Below, one piece after another: positions 50,510-63,319 of a DNA stretch of 64,000 nucleotides; position 1 is the stretch's first letter, and each line of letters starts with the position of its first letter. The stretch is from Oculina patagonica (Eukaryota), in NCBI RefSeq assembly GCF_052425735.1, contig NC_135761.1, forward strand, positions 32,984,001-33,048,000. The letters are read 5' to 3'. The notes below the pieces were generated by a model. It was given only the letters and a program-made list of their open reading frames with translations. It had not been told where the DNA came from and ran no database searches. A program made the translations under genes and the position numbers.

Positions 50510-51695
50510 GAAAGCCATCCTAAACACCTTAAAGTCTGGAATGAAAAGCAAGTCAGCTTTCTACTAAAAGTCCTTGATGCTGCGCTCAACTGTATTCCTG
50601 ATTCAGAAAAGGATTTGCAGGAAAAGGATGAGAAAGAGTTTGGGGATTGGTTAACAAAGCAAGATTTTTAAGAAAAGAGGCAGCCAACATTTGCTATCAG
50701 GATCTCTCGCTCCACCATCTAGTCAAACGCACGGTGGGATAAGTCAGAAACTTTGATCCTTCCCCTGTCTTTGGAGAATAATGCAACCACAACTGGAACT
50801 GCAGTTATTATTGAGCATTTTGGTCAGGAGTTTGGTGTGCCATGTGAACATGCCAAGGAGTAACTCCCCTTCAACAAAAAGGCACAATCCTTTGACATAA
50901 ATGCTGCACGACAGCATCAGGTCTTTTGGCCTCTTTAAACAAGCACAGGACAGAGATGACTGAAACAATTCGACAATTGACTGAAGCTGAAAAGGCCTTG
51001 GAAATCATCCAACCATCACAAAAGGTGCAAAATGACAGTTTCTCTCCAGAGGAAGACGACCCAAGTGTCAGCAACATCCAAAAGATTGATACAAAATTTC
51101 AAAATATCTTTTACAATGTGGTGAATAAAATGTGGGAGGCACAACAAGCAAGTGATGCCAGTGAGTACGAGAAGTTTACTAACTGGTTGTCAATGCAAAG
51201 GAAGAACTGGGAAGATGCAAAGGATGACAATGCTAGGACTATACTTCATGCAGCTCTTGAGAACAGAAACATGACACTTGTCAAAACTCTGTTCTCTGCT
51301 GGGGTGAATGTGAATGTGAAGGAGAAATGTGGAGCAACTCCTCTTACATTGGCTGTCATCAGAAAAGATGAGGACATTTGCCCTTTCTTGTTGAGCAACT
51401 TTGCAGTTTATAGTGATTACTTTTTCAGCACCATTCCAAGTCCACACAGCATTGCCAGACAGTAAGACATAAAAGTTGCAACTGATAGGAATGAAAGAGT
51501 GAAATCAAGAACTTCTGTTGATACAGAACTTTGCAAACTCTTCTAGCATGGCGAGGATAAAGAAACCACTGTCAATGATTCTGAAGTTGCCGAGCAATCA
51601 CACATGGCAGAAGGTCAGAAATATGACAGGGACAGTAAATGTTCAAAGACATTGATTGTTGGTGATCAGGGCAGCAAAGTTGAAACCCTTCAATA
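50510..51695 (+). pseudogene. Ankyrin-repeat-containing, Academ-like transposase remnant (partial copy at 53807-54325)
   Basis: [27 protein letters not shown]; ANK repeats RTILHAALENRNMTLVKTL..AGVNVN..KCGATPLTLAV; LIVGDQG. Confidence 0.6.
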
Positions 51696-52179
51696 GCAAA
51701 TTGCTACAAACAGCCTGGAACATGCAGTTAGATACTGTGCGACAGCTGGCTAACCAACCATGTCCTTTGGTCGATGCTCTAGGCTGTTGTTGGCAGCCTT
51801 AGAACAGCTCTCAAATGTAGCTAGGGAGTCTGGGCATACAGAAAAGAAAAAAACGTTGCCATTTGTCCAATGCATGGCATTGATTTGCCCCTTCAGGAGT
51901 GTATAGAGATGCCTTTTTTTTTCTGGTGGTTACTTTTAGACTACCTAAACTGCTACAATCTTGGACAAAACCTGTTGAAACATACTCATTTCACGCATTA
52001 TTTGTCCATAACTTTCCTCTCCAGCGGAAAAAATAAAATTCTCTACCCCCTACTCAATGTTGTTTTATGGGGTTTGGGAATGACCTAGCTTCACTTTTAC
52101 AACAACTTCCTATGCACAACATTGAAATGGGGGAGGGGGGTTAAAGAATTGAACAGAGATACCTACATGAGGGAAATAC

Positions 52180-53806
52180 GAACGTAACGTAAACAACACA
52201 AGGAATGCGAGGAGATTATTTTGAATTTTTTGTTTCATTTTTACATTAAATCCAGGAATTATTAACATCAACGAGAGACTCTTTTGAGTACCGTACAACT
52301 TCGGGACATAAGTGGTGCCGGGACCAGGACACGCCGGGAGAAAAGGAGTGTAATTTCAACACAAGACATTGCAAACATGGGAGACTCGGACAACAAGAAA
52401 ACCGACCAAGGTGACACAGGAATGACACAACAAGATCTTGAAAAGAAAATCAAGAAAGAGATCGTCAAACTCAAATTCTACTTAGAGGAAGGCGATGAGC
52501 TCTTAGAAGACGGCGCTTACGGCTAAATTTCTCTTACGTGCAAGCGAACGGATGAAATCCAAGACCGCCTAAACGACCTTATGTCAACACTACAAGAACT
52601 TAAAATTGACCGTGGAATTTCAACGCAGAGAGAAGTAAGGCAGTGGAAAAAGGACTTAAAGGCCACATACGTGCCACTTCTGGAGATGAAAACCAAACTG
52701 AGCAAGGTTCTGGAGGAAAGAGAGCGAAGCAAAAGTCAAAAGGCCGAGGAGGAGAAACTCAGAGCAAAATTCGAGCAGGAGGAGAAATTTAGACGCGAGA
52801 TCCAGCAACAAGAGAAGGAACTTTGGGAAGAGAAAATGACGGCGGAGTTAAAATTGACGGAAACGAAAATTGAGATGGAAAAAGCCGCGAAAGCCGCCAG
52901 TGCAAAGCTGCCGGAGCTCAAGATAACCCCTTTCAACGGCACTTCAGTTGACTGGATCAGGTTTGAAAACATGTTTACCTCGCAAATAGACAGCAAGCCA
53001 TTATCGGACGAGGAAAAATACGGCTATCTTTTGGAGCTGGTGGCCCCTAAGGTAAGAGATAGACTAGCCAATTTAAAGCCGGGTACGCTGGGGTACAAAA
53101 CGGCGTGGGGCAGGTTAAGGACTGAGTTTGGACAGAGCAAAACTGTCTTCGCTGCGCATATGGAAGAGATAATCAATTTACCAGTTACTAGAGGATCAAA
53201 TTACGAAAGGGTACGCGAATTTTATGAGAAGCTGAGCAAGAATTTTGACGCGTTGCAAACTCTGGGGGAGGGAGAGATGCTCAAGGGTTTTGTCCTGTCT
53301 ACCTTAAACAAGCTTCCCCAAGTGAAACCTGATTTGGTGATAACAGACGAAGGGTGAGAAGATTGCAACATGGAAAAGTTGATCGATTCTATCCAAAAAT
53401 GGCTCAAGCGCAACAAATCCGAAGACAATCACAGAGACCAAACGGAGCCAAAGAAAAGGAAACAAAGTTATTTTGGCCAGAAACAACCCCACTGCCGGTT
53501 TTGTGGAAATAACCACTGGGGAGAATCGTGCCTAACGTACAACACAATCGCGAAACGGAGAGAGTTCTTTGCAGCAAGACGGCTATGTTTCAATTGCGCC
53601 CGCCCAGGACATTCTGGGAAGGAATGTCAAGGCAGAGTGTGCTATAAGTGCAAAAGCAAACACCACACCAGTCTATGTGATAGGCCCAAAAGGAGCGAGA
53701 CGCAAGATCCCAATGCCCCACTAAGCGGATACACGCCTTCTGTTGAGCAAAGGTCCCTACCTGCCATTGTACCATTGAAAATCCAAGAGAGTACGTTTTG
53801 GGCTTA
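52180..53806 (+). mobile_element. BEL/Pao LTR retrotransposon fragment (LTR end, PBS, gag)
   Basis: PBS-like TGGTGCCGGGACCAGG at 52313; DUF1759-type KLPELKITPFNG..DW..FENMF; CRFC..H..C, CFNC..GH..C and CYKC..HHTSLC knuckles. Confidence 0.88.
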
Positions 53807-54567
53807 ATTGGTTGTCAATGCAAAGGAAGAACTGGGAAGATGCAAAAGATGACAATGCTAGGACTATACTTTATGCAGCTGTTGAGAACAGAAACATGAC
53901 ACTTGTCAAAACTCTGGTCTCTGCTGGGGTGAATGTGAATGTGAAGGAGAAATGTGCAGCAACTCCTCTTACATTGGCTGTCATCAGAAAAGATGAGGAA
54001 ATGTGCCCTTTCTTGTTGAGCAACTTTGCAGTTTATAGTGATTACTTTTTCAGCACCATTCCAAGTCCACACAGCATTGCCATACAGTTAGACATGAAAG
54101 TTGCAACTGATAGGGACGAAAGAGTGAAATCAAGAACTTCTGTTGATACAGAACTTTGCAAAATCTTTTGCAAAGCATGGCGAGGATAAGGAAACCACTG
54201 TCAATGATTTTGAAGTTGCTGAGCAATCACACATGGTAGAAGGTCAGAAATATGACAGGGACAGTAAATGTTCTACGACATTGATTGTTGGTGATCAGGG
54301 CAGCAAAGTTGAAACCCTTCAATAGGAAATTGCTACAAACAGCCTGGAACATGCAGTTAGATACTGTGCGACAGCTGGCTAACCAACCATGTCCTTTGGT
54401 CGATGCTCTAGGCTGTTGTTGGCAGCCTTAGAACAGCTCTCAAATGTAGCTAGGGAGTCTGGGCATACAGAAAAGAAAAAATACGTTGCATTTGTCCAAT
54501 GCATGGCAGGAGTGTATAGAAATGCATGTTTTCTTCTGGTGGTTACTTTTAGACTACCTAAACTGCT

Positions 54568-54880
54568 ACAATCTTGGACAAAACCTGTTGAAACATACTC
54601 ATTTCACGCATTATTTGTCCATAACTTTCCTCTCAAGGAAAAAAATAAAATTCCCTCCCCCCTACTCAATGTTGTTTTATAACTTTCCTCTCAAGGAAAA
54701 AATTAAATTCCCTCCCCCCTACGCAATGTTGTTTTATGGGGTTTGCGAATGGCCTAGCTTCACTTTTACAGCAACTTCCTATGCACAATATTGAAATGAG
54801 GAGGGGGGTTAAAGAATTGTAGTGAGATACCTAGATGAGGGAAATGTAGCCCAGTGTTTCAACAGTTTTGTCCAAGATTA
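54568..54880. mobile_element. MITE (CAATCTTGGACAAAA family); partial copies at about 8095 and 51955
   Basis: TIR CAATCTTGGACAAAA(C)CTGTTGAAACA ... TGTTTCAACAGTTTTGTCCAAGATT. Confidence 0.7.
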
Positions 54881-55379
54881 GGTAAATGACATTTTAGTTA
54901 AAACCCAGGAAACAATATCTATTTCGGTCATCAAACTTTTTGAGTTTTTGATACTCTGCGAGTTATACAACATAAAATTATCATCTAGGATAAATTCCTA
55001 AATCAAGTTTAACAGGAATGTAAATTTAATAGATGTTCGTGCTTATGTTACCATATTAACGTTCTACATGTCCATGACACCACCACATGTGGTCCTTTAT
55101 GGCATTCTGCACCAGTATTCATTTTTGGATTTGTTAACGAACTATTGCAGCGACAGCATTTTCGCAAGGGAAAGCGAAGGTTTTACACTGGTGTTGCTGT
55201 AGAGAACAGTACAAGAAGTTGGACGATCATTATCACCTGGCATTGAAACTCGACCGTAATCAGTGGTGGTTGAGTGCGAAAATAATTCTTCTTAAAGAAT
55301 ACTCCATTTCAGTGAACTTCTTCAACAAGCATCACAATTACTACAGTGCCTGGCGGTATGTTAGGAAATGTGAACACCT

Positions 55380-55803
55380 CAAACATTCCTGTTAAATCCC
55401 CTTACAGTAATCTTCAACAAATTTTGCACCCCAACTTCAGGGACCTTTGCTTGGACCGGTGTGGAGAACGCAGAATGTATATTTCTGAATGATTTTCAAT
55501 GGTCCCCCAGCCTTATCCTGTGGCAAGATCTATTGCTCTTGCTGGGGGCCAAATACCCATTTTGTGAAGGGATATTTCATTTAATGCCGACATGCCTATC
55601 TTCTGCACAGGAAAACACTGTCTCGTGTACAATAAAACGGTGTTATTGATGTTATTGACTGTAATGATGGCTCTATGTTTCATGGTGTTTTATTTCAATT
55701 ATCAAATCCTGCAGGCAAGACAACGTGAGATCCCGCCATGTGGAAGATGTTTTTCTCGCTTTATTATGGCAAGCCTTCAACAGAAAACCATTTTTGATGA
55801 TTA
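55380..55803 (+). pseudogene. SF3 helicase fragment (parvovirus NS1/CRESS Rep-like)
   Basis: (GK)TFLLNPL after a truncated Walker A, SGTFAWTGVENAECIFLNDFQW (Walker B), WQDLLLLLG, PIFCTG (motif C) and C-terminal PCGRCF. Confidence 0.7.
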
Positions 55804-57332
55804 ACTTTTTACTTACGTATTGAGAATCTGACATTGGATGAAAGCCACAAAGACACTGAGGAAGACATTGCTGATGATCCCTATGAAGAGACGGCACAAC
55901 AGAGCCAAGAAAGCGATGAAAGTGTGAATAAAGAACAAGCCAGTTCAAGTTTTAAATGCATGCAAGAAAGAGTTGGAAATTATTTCCAAGCTCTGTGAAA
56001 AAGAACCACGACACAGTTTGAAATGCAGGCAACTCGAGATAATCCTTGCTAGCCGTCAAGCAGTTAAAGAAGATTGCCATAACCAGGTGAATTTGCAGAA
56101 GTATACTCCTTTTCCAACGTGCAATCTGGCAAACCACATGTTTGACAAAAATCACTGTTTTAACGACATTCTGAATTTAAATAAGCCGGGAGATCTCTTA
56201 AATAAAGGCAAAGGAACACACAGATAATACACTTCAAAAGCTGCGCCATTTTCCTCAACTCCACCTAACACATGCCCTTGTAATCTTGCATGTGACAACC
56301 TGTATGAAAATATACGGCAATTTCACGGATGCTTGAGCAATAATTTTCCATAATTTACATAATAAGCTACCTATTAATACCGTAAGACTTTAACAGGGCT
56401 TTAATCCCTAAAAATCCCGCTGAACTGGGACAATGGCTCCAGAAACCAAGTCCAAGAGGACATAATTCCTGTGTGCAAAGCAGATGAGGAATAGATTTTC
56501 ACATACATGCGCGCTGGTTATATACGCATGGATCTTAAACAAGAGAGGTCATTTAAACACATCTTCCTTAATTTAAGTGTTGTTATAGTACTGTTTTCTC
56601 CTGTACTATGAAAAGTTAAATTTTTTTCACTGAAACAGTATCACTCAAGTTTGATTTTTGCTTGTCGTTGTTGTACAGACAGTAGTATTACTAGTATTAC
56701 AGAGACCTAAAGGATTTAATTTCTTAGTTTCTTATCCGAAAAAAAAACTGAGGGATTGGATAGGAAGTATGGTATGTTCTATTATTTCATCTGACATATA
56801 CATTTTACCTTTCACATAATACAAATATCACATTTTCTATTGCACCCAGTCCCTCTTAAGCTTCCATGGCTAACAAAATTATACCTTGTGAAACTAAACA
56901 CCACAGCTTCGGTACTGTGAGTTACAACTAGGTGTATGTTAGGAACCAAAAAGATGATATTTTACAATCATTTTATAATACTAATTGTAGAATAACTTTA
57001 TTTCCCATAGGATCTAATTTAATCCTTGGATGTCTGGGAAAATCATTTTAAAGCCTTAAGATGAGCCCCTCATGGAAGAATCCTGCCACGATGAAAGTCC
57101 CCGGAGTGATATACTATCACCTTCAGTAACTGCAGGTGAATGCAAAGGGTCTTGGGTCTTAACCACCAAACGATGAATTACTTGGTCAATTTCCTTGATC
57201 CAGTGACCATATCCATACCCAGCACACAGAAAGTAACTGGTTTAAAGCAAAAGAGAAATTCAAGAAAATGAAAGGCACTACAAATCCAAACTTCCTATAA
57301 GAATAACTACTAATTCACGAAGAGAAAATAGA

Positions 57333-57521
57333 GTGGATGACTCTAGAGCTTTTGTTGTGGTACCACCCTTTATTCTTGGTGATTCGGTCTACAGACTCAC
57401 CAACTGGTTAATGAAACCCTTTCAGACCAGAGAAACCTTTCGTATGAGAAGTTGGTGTTCAACACAGCCCACAGTTAGTCAAGTGGTGGTGGAAGATTCC
57501 TATAGACCTATGGCAACATGA
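57333..57521 (+). pseudogene. HARBI1-like DDE nuclease fragment
   Basis: PPFILGDSVYRLTNWLMKPF. Confidence 0.7.
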
Positions 57522-58789
57522 AGGATGTATCAACTAGCATCTCATATATTGTTTTCCAGCGAATTTAACATAATACCCTAAAGGATTACATAACCCTATC
57601 TACGTTATATTCGTCCGATTCAAAATTCAAGCATAATTAGCATGTTAGTTTCTCATGTTATTTCGTAAAAATTCAACAACAATGTCGTCCACACAGCCTT
57701 TGTCTCATTTGCCTCCATGTCCACTGTCTGAACTGCCATCAGGGGGCATTTATTATATATCCACTTGCTTATTGCCAACCGCTTGCGAGCATCTGCTATG
57801 GTTGCTCAGGGAGTCTCTAAAGCCAAGTGGTCAAATTTCCCCACCCCCACAGGTTATCGCTATCCTTTCCAACATGATAAGATCGTATTTCCACAACCAC
57901 AAAGAGTACCACAAGCCATCAAACGGGGTATTATCTCTGTATGACTGGCTAAAACGAACAAATTGATAGTTAAGTTGGCAGAGAGCACTTCTACAGAAGT
58001 TGTGTATGCCTTGGTTGTTGGTTCAAATCCAGACGGAAGCAATTATTATTGTTTTCATTTTTATCTGTATAATAATCAGTATGCCGTTTCACTTAAAATT
58101 TGAAGGTTGAACAGACGGTACAGTTAATTTTGATATCACAGAATGTTAGGATTGAATGCCCGCTATTTCAGTGAAACTTCAACCCCTAAAATCAAGTGTG
58201 TTCCTAGTCACATTTTTCGTTGCGGAAAAATTAAGGCTTTTGGATGATAAAGACAAAACAAAAGGAAACAACCATTCCGCAAAATAGTTCGCAACAATGC
58301 AAATTTCGTTAATTAACAGCTTTTTTCAATGAAAATGTAGGGCTTAAATGCAAAATCAAAATCCTACGAAAATGCTTCTGGTACAATGTAACGGCTTGGA
58401 TTTAGCTTTCGATAGTCAAGAGCTAATGTTCCTAGGTAAGTACTTGCTATCAAATAAGTTGTTCTGTTTGAAGGCAGAATTTTCATATTATGAATTTAAT
58501 TGTTATGTTTTGGTTCCTGGACCTGATTTCCATGTGATTATTTTGATGGCTGCGATGGCTAGGTTCACTGAAAGAAAGAGTTGAGTGATCGTAGTGGTGA
58601 GATGAAAACAACTATTTAGTGGTCGTTGCAAGAATCGCTGTAGTTCTATCTCATCAATCGTAGCAGTCGTAAAAATCATATGGAGATCACGTTACTTTCC
58701 ATGATTGTAGATTGTTGTGATGATAAATAAAAAACAATGTAGTGCATTGTTGGCTGGTCCAAGTCTCCAACATTTTTATTATTTTGTGG

Positions 58790-59050
58790 CAGAGTTTGTC
58801 TCAAGCCAGTGGCTATAGCGATGGAATACAAGTGTTTTGATTTCTTGCCATTTAGTCTTGATGTTCAGGTATCAATTGATATCAGGTATAAATTGATATC
58901 GCCGAGAGACTTGACTTCTTGCATTCAAGAAACGTGGTTCACCACGATTTAAAACCAGGGAATGTCCTACTAGGTAACAGAAATTACGTGCGAGCGGAAA
59001 ACGAGAATGATCAATTGGAAGATTTGAACTTCCACCAAGCTATTGGCTGT
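58790..59050 (+). pseudogene. Protein kinase catalytic-loop fragment, not in the ORF track
   Basis: AIAMEYKCFDF.PF ... IDIAERLDFLHSRNVVHHDLKPGNVLLGN (about 58892-58978). Confidence 0.75.
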
Positions 59051-59159
59051 TTTTAACATCCAATAGAAAAAAAAGCATTTTCAATCCTAAACTTCCGTAT
59101 AAAAGCAAAAAATTATGTTTGCCACAGATTGCGCTCAATCACTACTCAATCAAAAACAC

Positions 59160-60060
59160 ACTATAGTAGTAACTAAAGAGAAACACTATAGTTCCGAAAC
59201 TGCAGTCATGCTTTATTTTTACAATGATTGAAAATAACCTGACGAAACATTTAAAGAAAGCAACCTTGACGAAACCATGAGGGAAAACAACTATGATGGA
59301 GAAGATGGAACTGAAAAGCACTCAGACATCTCCCTCCTTGACTCAGAAGGCGAACTTGTTAGTGGCCAAAGAAGCCTGTCGCGATTTCCCTTGCGCACGC
59401 GGTCCTACGAAAAACAGAAGACCCTCAAAGGGTTCCATACTGATACATGCAACCACAAAGGAAAACAACCACTCAAGTTTGAAAAAGGCGGCCCTACTAA
59501 CCAACGACCATGCCAGTCGGCTAAAGACAAGATACCAGCCATAAAATGGAGAATCGAGAGATCCGAACGGGCCATCCAAAAAACTCCAAGCTCACATTGA
59601 AAAGGGCACATGCCTGAGAGACTTTAAATATGTAGCAAAGGCTAACATCTACGCGGACGATGAGTTCAAAACAGACGTCCACGCATTAAGGAAAGTAGAT
59701 GAAAGAAAATTGTTTCACTCTTACTAAGTTCCACCACTGAAGAAATGAAAGGAACAACGCAAAACTATGCAAAATGAAATCAAGCTGTGTAAACACGAGA
59801 CCTGACCCACAGCCAAGTACAAGTGGTTTGAAACCAAAGAACAAAGAGAAAATGTAATTGTGACTGATTCTGATCTGAACGAGAAAATGCAAAAAGTTGA
59901 CATGTTAAAGAAACTGGAAGGAATATGTAAACCTTATCCCTGTGTTATCTTTGATTGTGAAATTAGAACACAAAGGGGGGTCAAAAAGCGAAAAAGCACA
60001 AAATAAATAACAAAAAACACAATGAAGGAAGAAAAAAAACTTACAAAACTGTTACGGCAT
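59160..60060 (+). mobile_element. Penelope-like element 5' remnant (pLTR with hammerhead plus ORF N-terminus)
   Basis: Hammerhead-like CT(A)AAGA-gaaac/gttcc-GAAA-CTGCAG-TC at 59173-59207, then a decayed ORF KIPAIKWRIERSERAIQ..HIEKGTC..KYVAKANI..DDEFK. Confidence 0.55.
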
Positions 60061-60169
60061 AGCCAGATAGCAAACGTTGTTTTTTAAGCAATCACGCCCC
60101 ATGCCTTCTGTTTTGTAATGCCATAGCCCTGCTTTGCTGCTACGGTATCATCTGAGAATGGAGAGCTTA

Positions 60170-60552
60170 CAAGCCGGGAGGCAAAGGATTGTGTACCTTA
60201 TAACGTATATTTGCGCTGACCTTGTAAAGTTTCCAACAAAAGCGCAGTTATACAATCAGTTATACAATCTCGGCAGAATTTTAGCGTTAGAGTTGTACAG
60301 TGGGCTGTATGTATTGAGGGACATCACAACACCGATGTGGAAGGTGAGGAATTAAACCAGTACCATTATCATATGGCTATCAAACTGGCCAAGAGGTATA
60401 GATGGTTTCAGGGTAGAAAGCATTTAGAAGAACATTTCGGCATCAAAGTTAACTTCAGTGACAGTCATAACAGCTACTACAGCGCCTACTGCTATGTGAC
60501 AAAGGAAGACAAGGAAGAAGTGAGGCACACTCTTATAGACCTGGCCAAGTAA
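60170..60552 (+). pseudogene. HUH rolling-circle Rep endonuclease remnant
   Basis: Motif I VYLITY, VVQWAVCIEGH, motif II HYHMAIKL and motif III YYSAYCYVTKED; one frameshift. Confidence 0.8.
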
Positions 60553-60629
60553 CAGTATGCTGTCTGCTTTCAGGAAGGTGTAGCCATTCTTCCTTCTTTG
60601 CAAGTCTCAAGCTCAGCCAACATCTCAAT

Positions 60630-61160
60630 CCAAGGTGAAACTTTCCAAGAGGGCTTGGCCCCGAAAGAAGTAAAGAAAGCCTACAGGTTTAACGAAAAAC
60701 AAAAGAGCTATCTAGATGCGAAATTCAACATAGGTGACTCAACTGGTAGAAAGGTGGAGGCAGATGTAGTGGCAAAACAAATGCAACGTGCCAGGGTTGT
60801 TTGCTGTCTCTGAATGTCTGATTCCTCAGCAAGTGTCATCTTACTTGCAGCAAAGTGGCGTCATCAGCAATTTGAGGTGACACCAGAAGATGTTTTGGCA
60901 GCAGAGGATCAAATACATTTCTCTCAGGCAAGAGAAGATGTGATCTCCGCTCTGCATAACCGAAACCCAATAATTGTGGACCAGTACGAGACATGTTAGT
61001 CACTAATAGAGCGGAGTTCTAGAAAACAAAGTTGGGAATGCTGCAGCAGCTGTGCCAAAGTTTGGAGCTTGATGTTTCAGTACCGTCGGTGAGGAAGAAG
61101 GCTCCTTATATGGCACTTCTGGAAGAGCTAGTAGACAGCTGCCCCTGCATAGCTACCAAA
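60630..61160 (+). pseudogene. C-terminal remnant of a large DNA-transposon ORF, possibly Sola3-type
   Basis: RFNEKQKSYLDAKFNIG..TGRK...VAKQMQRAR and RKKAPY..LLEELV..C.C. Confidence 0.45.
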
Positions 61161-63319
61161 TAAAGCCCAGAACAATTTTCCGTTTCCTTTCCACGAAAAC
61201 TGTTTTGCTATGCCACATGTAGCTAGCTTGTTGAATAACAATCCGTTCAGAGCTTTTAGTTTGTAGTGGGAATGCCCAGAATAGAAAGGAAAGCCAAGCA
61301 AAGAAATAGAGTGCAAACATATATATAGAGTTTTTTTTTTCTTTTTTTCAACTCGGGTTCATGGCTTTGTTCTGTTCTTGATGTTCTCACTATTTTGCAA
61401 CTTGAAACATTTTATTGTTCATTATTCCTGTCGTTTTTCAAATTGAAAAGAACAGCGTCGAGAAACATGAAGTACAGCTGTTCTGCCATGATTTTATGAA
61501 TCTTCTGAGATATAATCGGAAAACACACAAGCAAAAGGTACAGTAAACATGTGTATTCACAGCATAAGAACATCTCATCTCTCTCTCTTCACTGTGTAAT
61601 GTATTTCTCGTTTAGGTTCCATGCCTGATTGGTAGTGCCGAAAACTAAAAATGAGCCTCTTCGCTCCAATAAGAGGAATTATCCCTACACACCGCATTGG
61701 CAAGATTACCAAACAATGACATTTCAACAAATCGATGATGAACGGGGATTGCAAGGTAATGTTCCCCGACAAAGCAACAGCTGATCTGAAGGACGTCGAC
61801 AACTGGGTAAAACGTGGTAAAAAAAATTATTTGGTAACTGAACTCAAGCTTAATTTGTGTTAATATATAAAATAATCTCTCAAAACAGTAGAGCGATATT
61901 TAAATAACTTACTAAATGCAAAAGAAGGTACTGATGCCTCAAGGTGTCATTAAGGATAAAAGAATTAATTTCTTTGCAAACATTAAGTTTCAGCAAATAT
62001 TTGGCAAGAAAAACTAATAACATAAAACTAACTTAGCCCTGACACAGTCCCTTTAACAGAGTATGTATAAAAGTGAACACAACACAGTATAAGATTTCAA
62101 CGCTCAATACAGCCATTTAGTTAACATGAAACTAGTTTTTCCCTGGTTTTGTTACGTTGAAGGTAGTTTCTCAAGGCAGGTGGACTGCAAACGATTGTAG
62201 AGTACAAGTCACCAACGGTTTTCATCAACAAGATTCCAAAATTAATAGCTGAGTGACAAAGGTAATGGATTAAACAAGTACTTTTGAACGGATAGAGTCT
62301 GTGCATTGACACACTAGAGTTTGTGCATTGAGGGGAGTCACATTATGACGCCATGGGGGTATGAAGCAAGAGTTCAAGCTCTCCACTTTAAAGTTTATCA
62401 ATTTTCGCATTTTTGATTAATGTCAACTGCCTAAGCTTGGTAGACGTTCTACATGAATTTTAGAACAAGGTATCAAACCTTAAGAATGACCAGTACAGAT
62501 GCCAATGCAGATTCGACTTGGATAAAGCTGGATACCGTCTTCGCTAAAATGGACGACCTACTGAAATCCAGAGACTTGCAAGAAACAAAACTAAACAGCA
62601 TCCTGGAGAAACTGAATGAAATTATTGTCTGCATAGCTGAAAACATACAATTTCATGCACGAATGGTAGGCAGAAAGCACTTGTACTTGATGTACCAGCA
62701 GTACTTATTCTCTCTTTGAAGAAATATAGAAATTAAACTGTACAAACAGAAATCGCCTCTTTGGGACGTGAAAAATGAACTACCACAACAGGCAGAAACA
62801 AAGTCTGGCAATATCAGGAAATTGAGAAAGAGATGGGTATGAAAAAGGATAAAATTGTGCAGAAGTAAACCAAGCTCACTATATCAATACTTACTTTATA
62901 TTTTGGACAATCATTGTCCCACCAGGAATTTATCTACACCATATGGTAAATATTACAATTCTCAATTACAAAACAACAACTTCCAATGAATAACTTTCCA
63001 TGTGAATAGCTGCACTTTAAACTTAATTGGATTTTGAACTTGTCTTTTAGATTATATCTCGCCAACACTCTTAAGAGGTAACCTTGCTGCCTGGATTACG
63101 TTAAGAAGACTAGAAGGAGTTGCGGTATCCACCACTGTTGTCTGCTTAAAAGCCAAGGCCCTTGCCCAAAATAAATTAATTCCAGCTGACACTTTCAAGG
63201 CATCGCAAAGCTCTAACTCAAACTCCTGATAACTCAAACCATTTTCAATTTCCCTCGAGGGTTTGAGTTATCGGGAGTTGACTGTACTAAAAAAAAATTG
63301 ATTGTGTTGTCAACAAGAT

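Noticed and set aside
57965-58045. tRNA gene
   Set aside because: Only a B-box-like GGTTCAAATCC and a poor cloverleaf; at most an old SINE head.
50050-62055. One Kolobok-like element bounded by the GTCCCTTTAA ends at about 50066 and 62051
   Set aside because: Both ends have the same orientation and no partner TIR was found; they are probably separate remnants.
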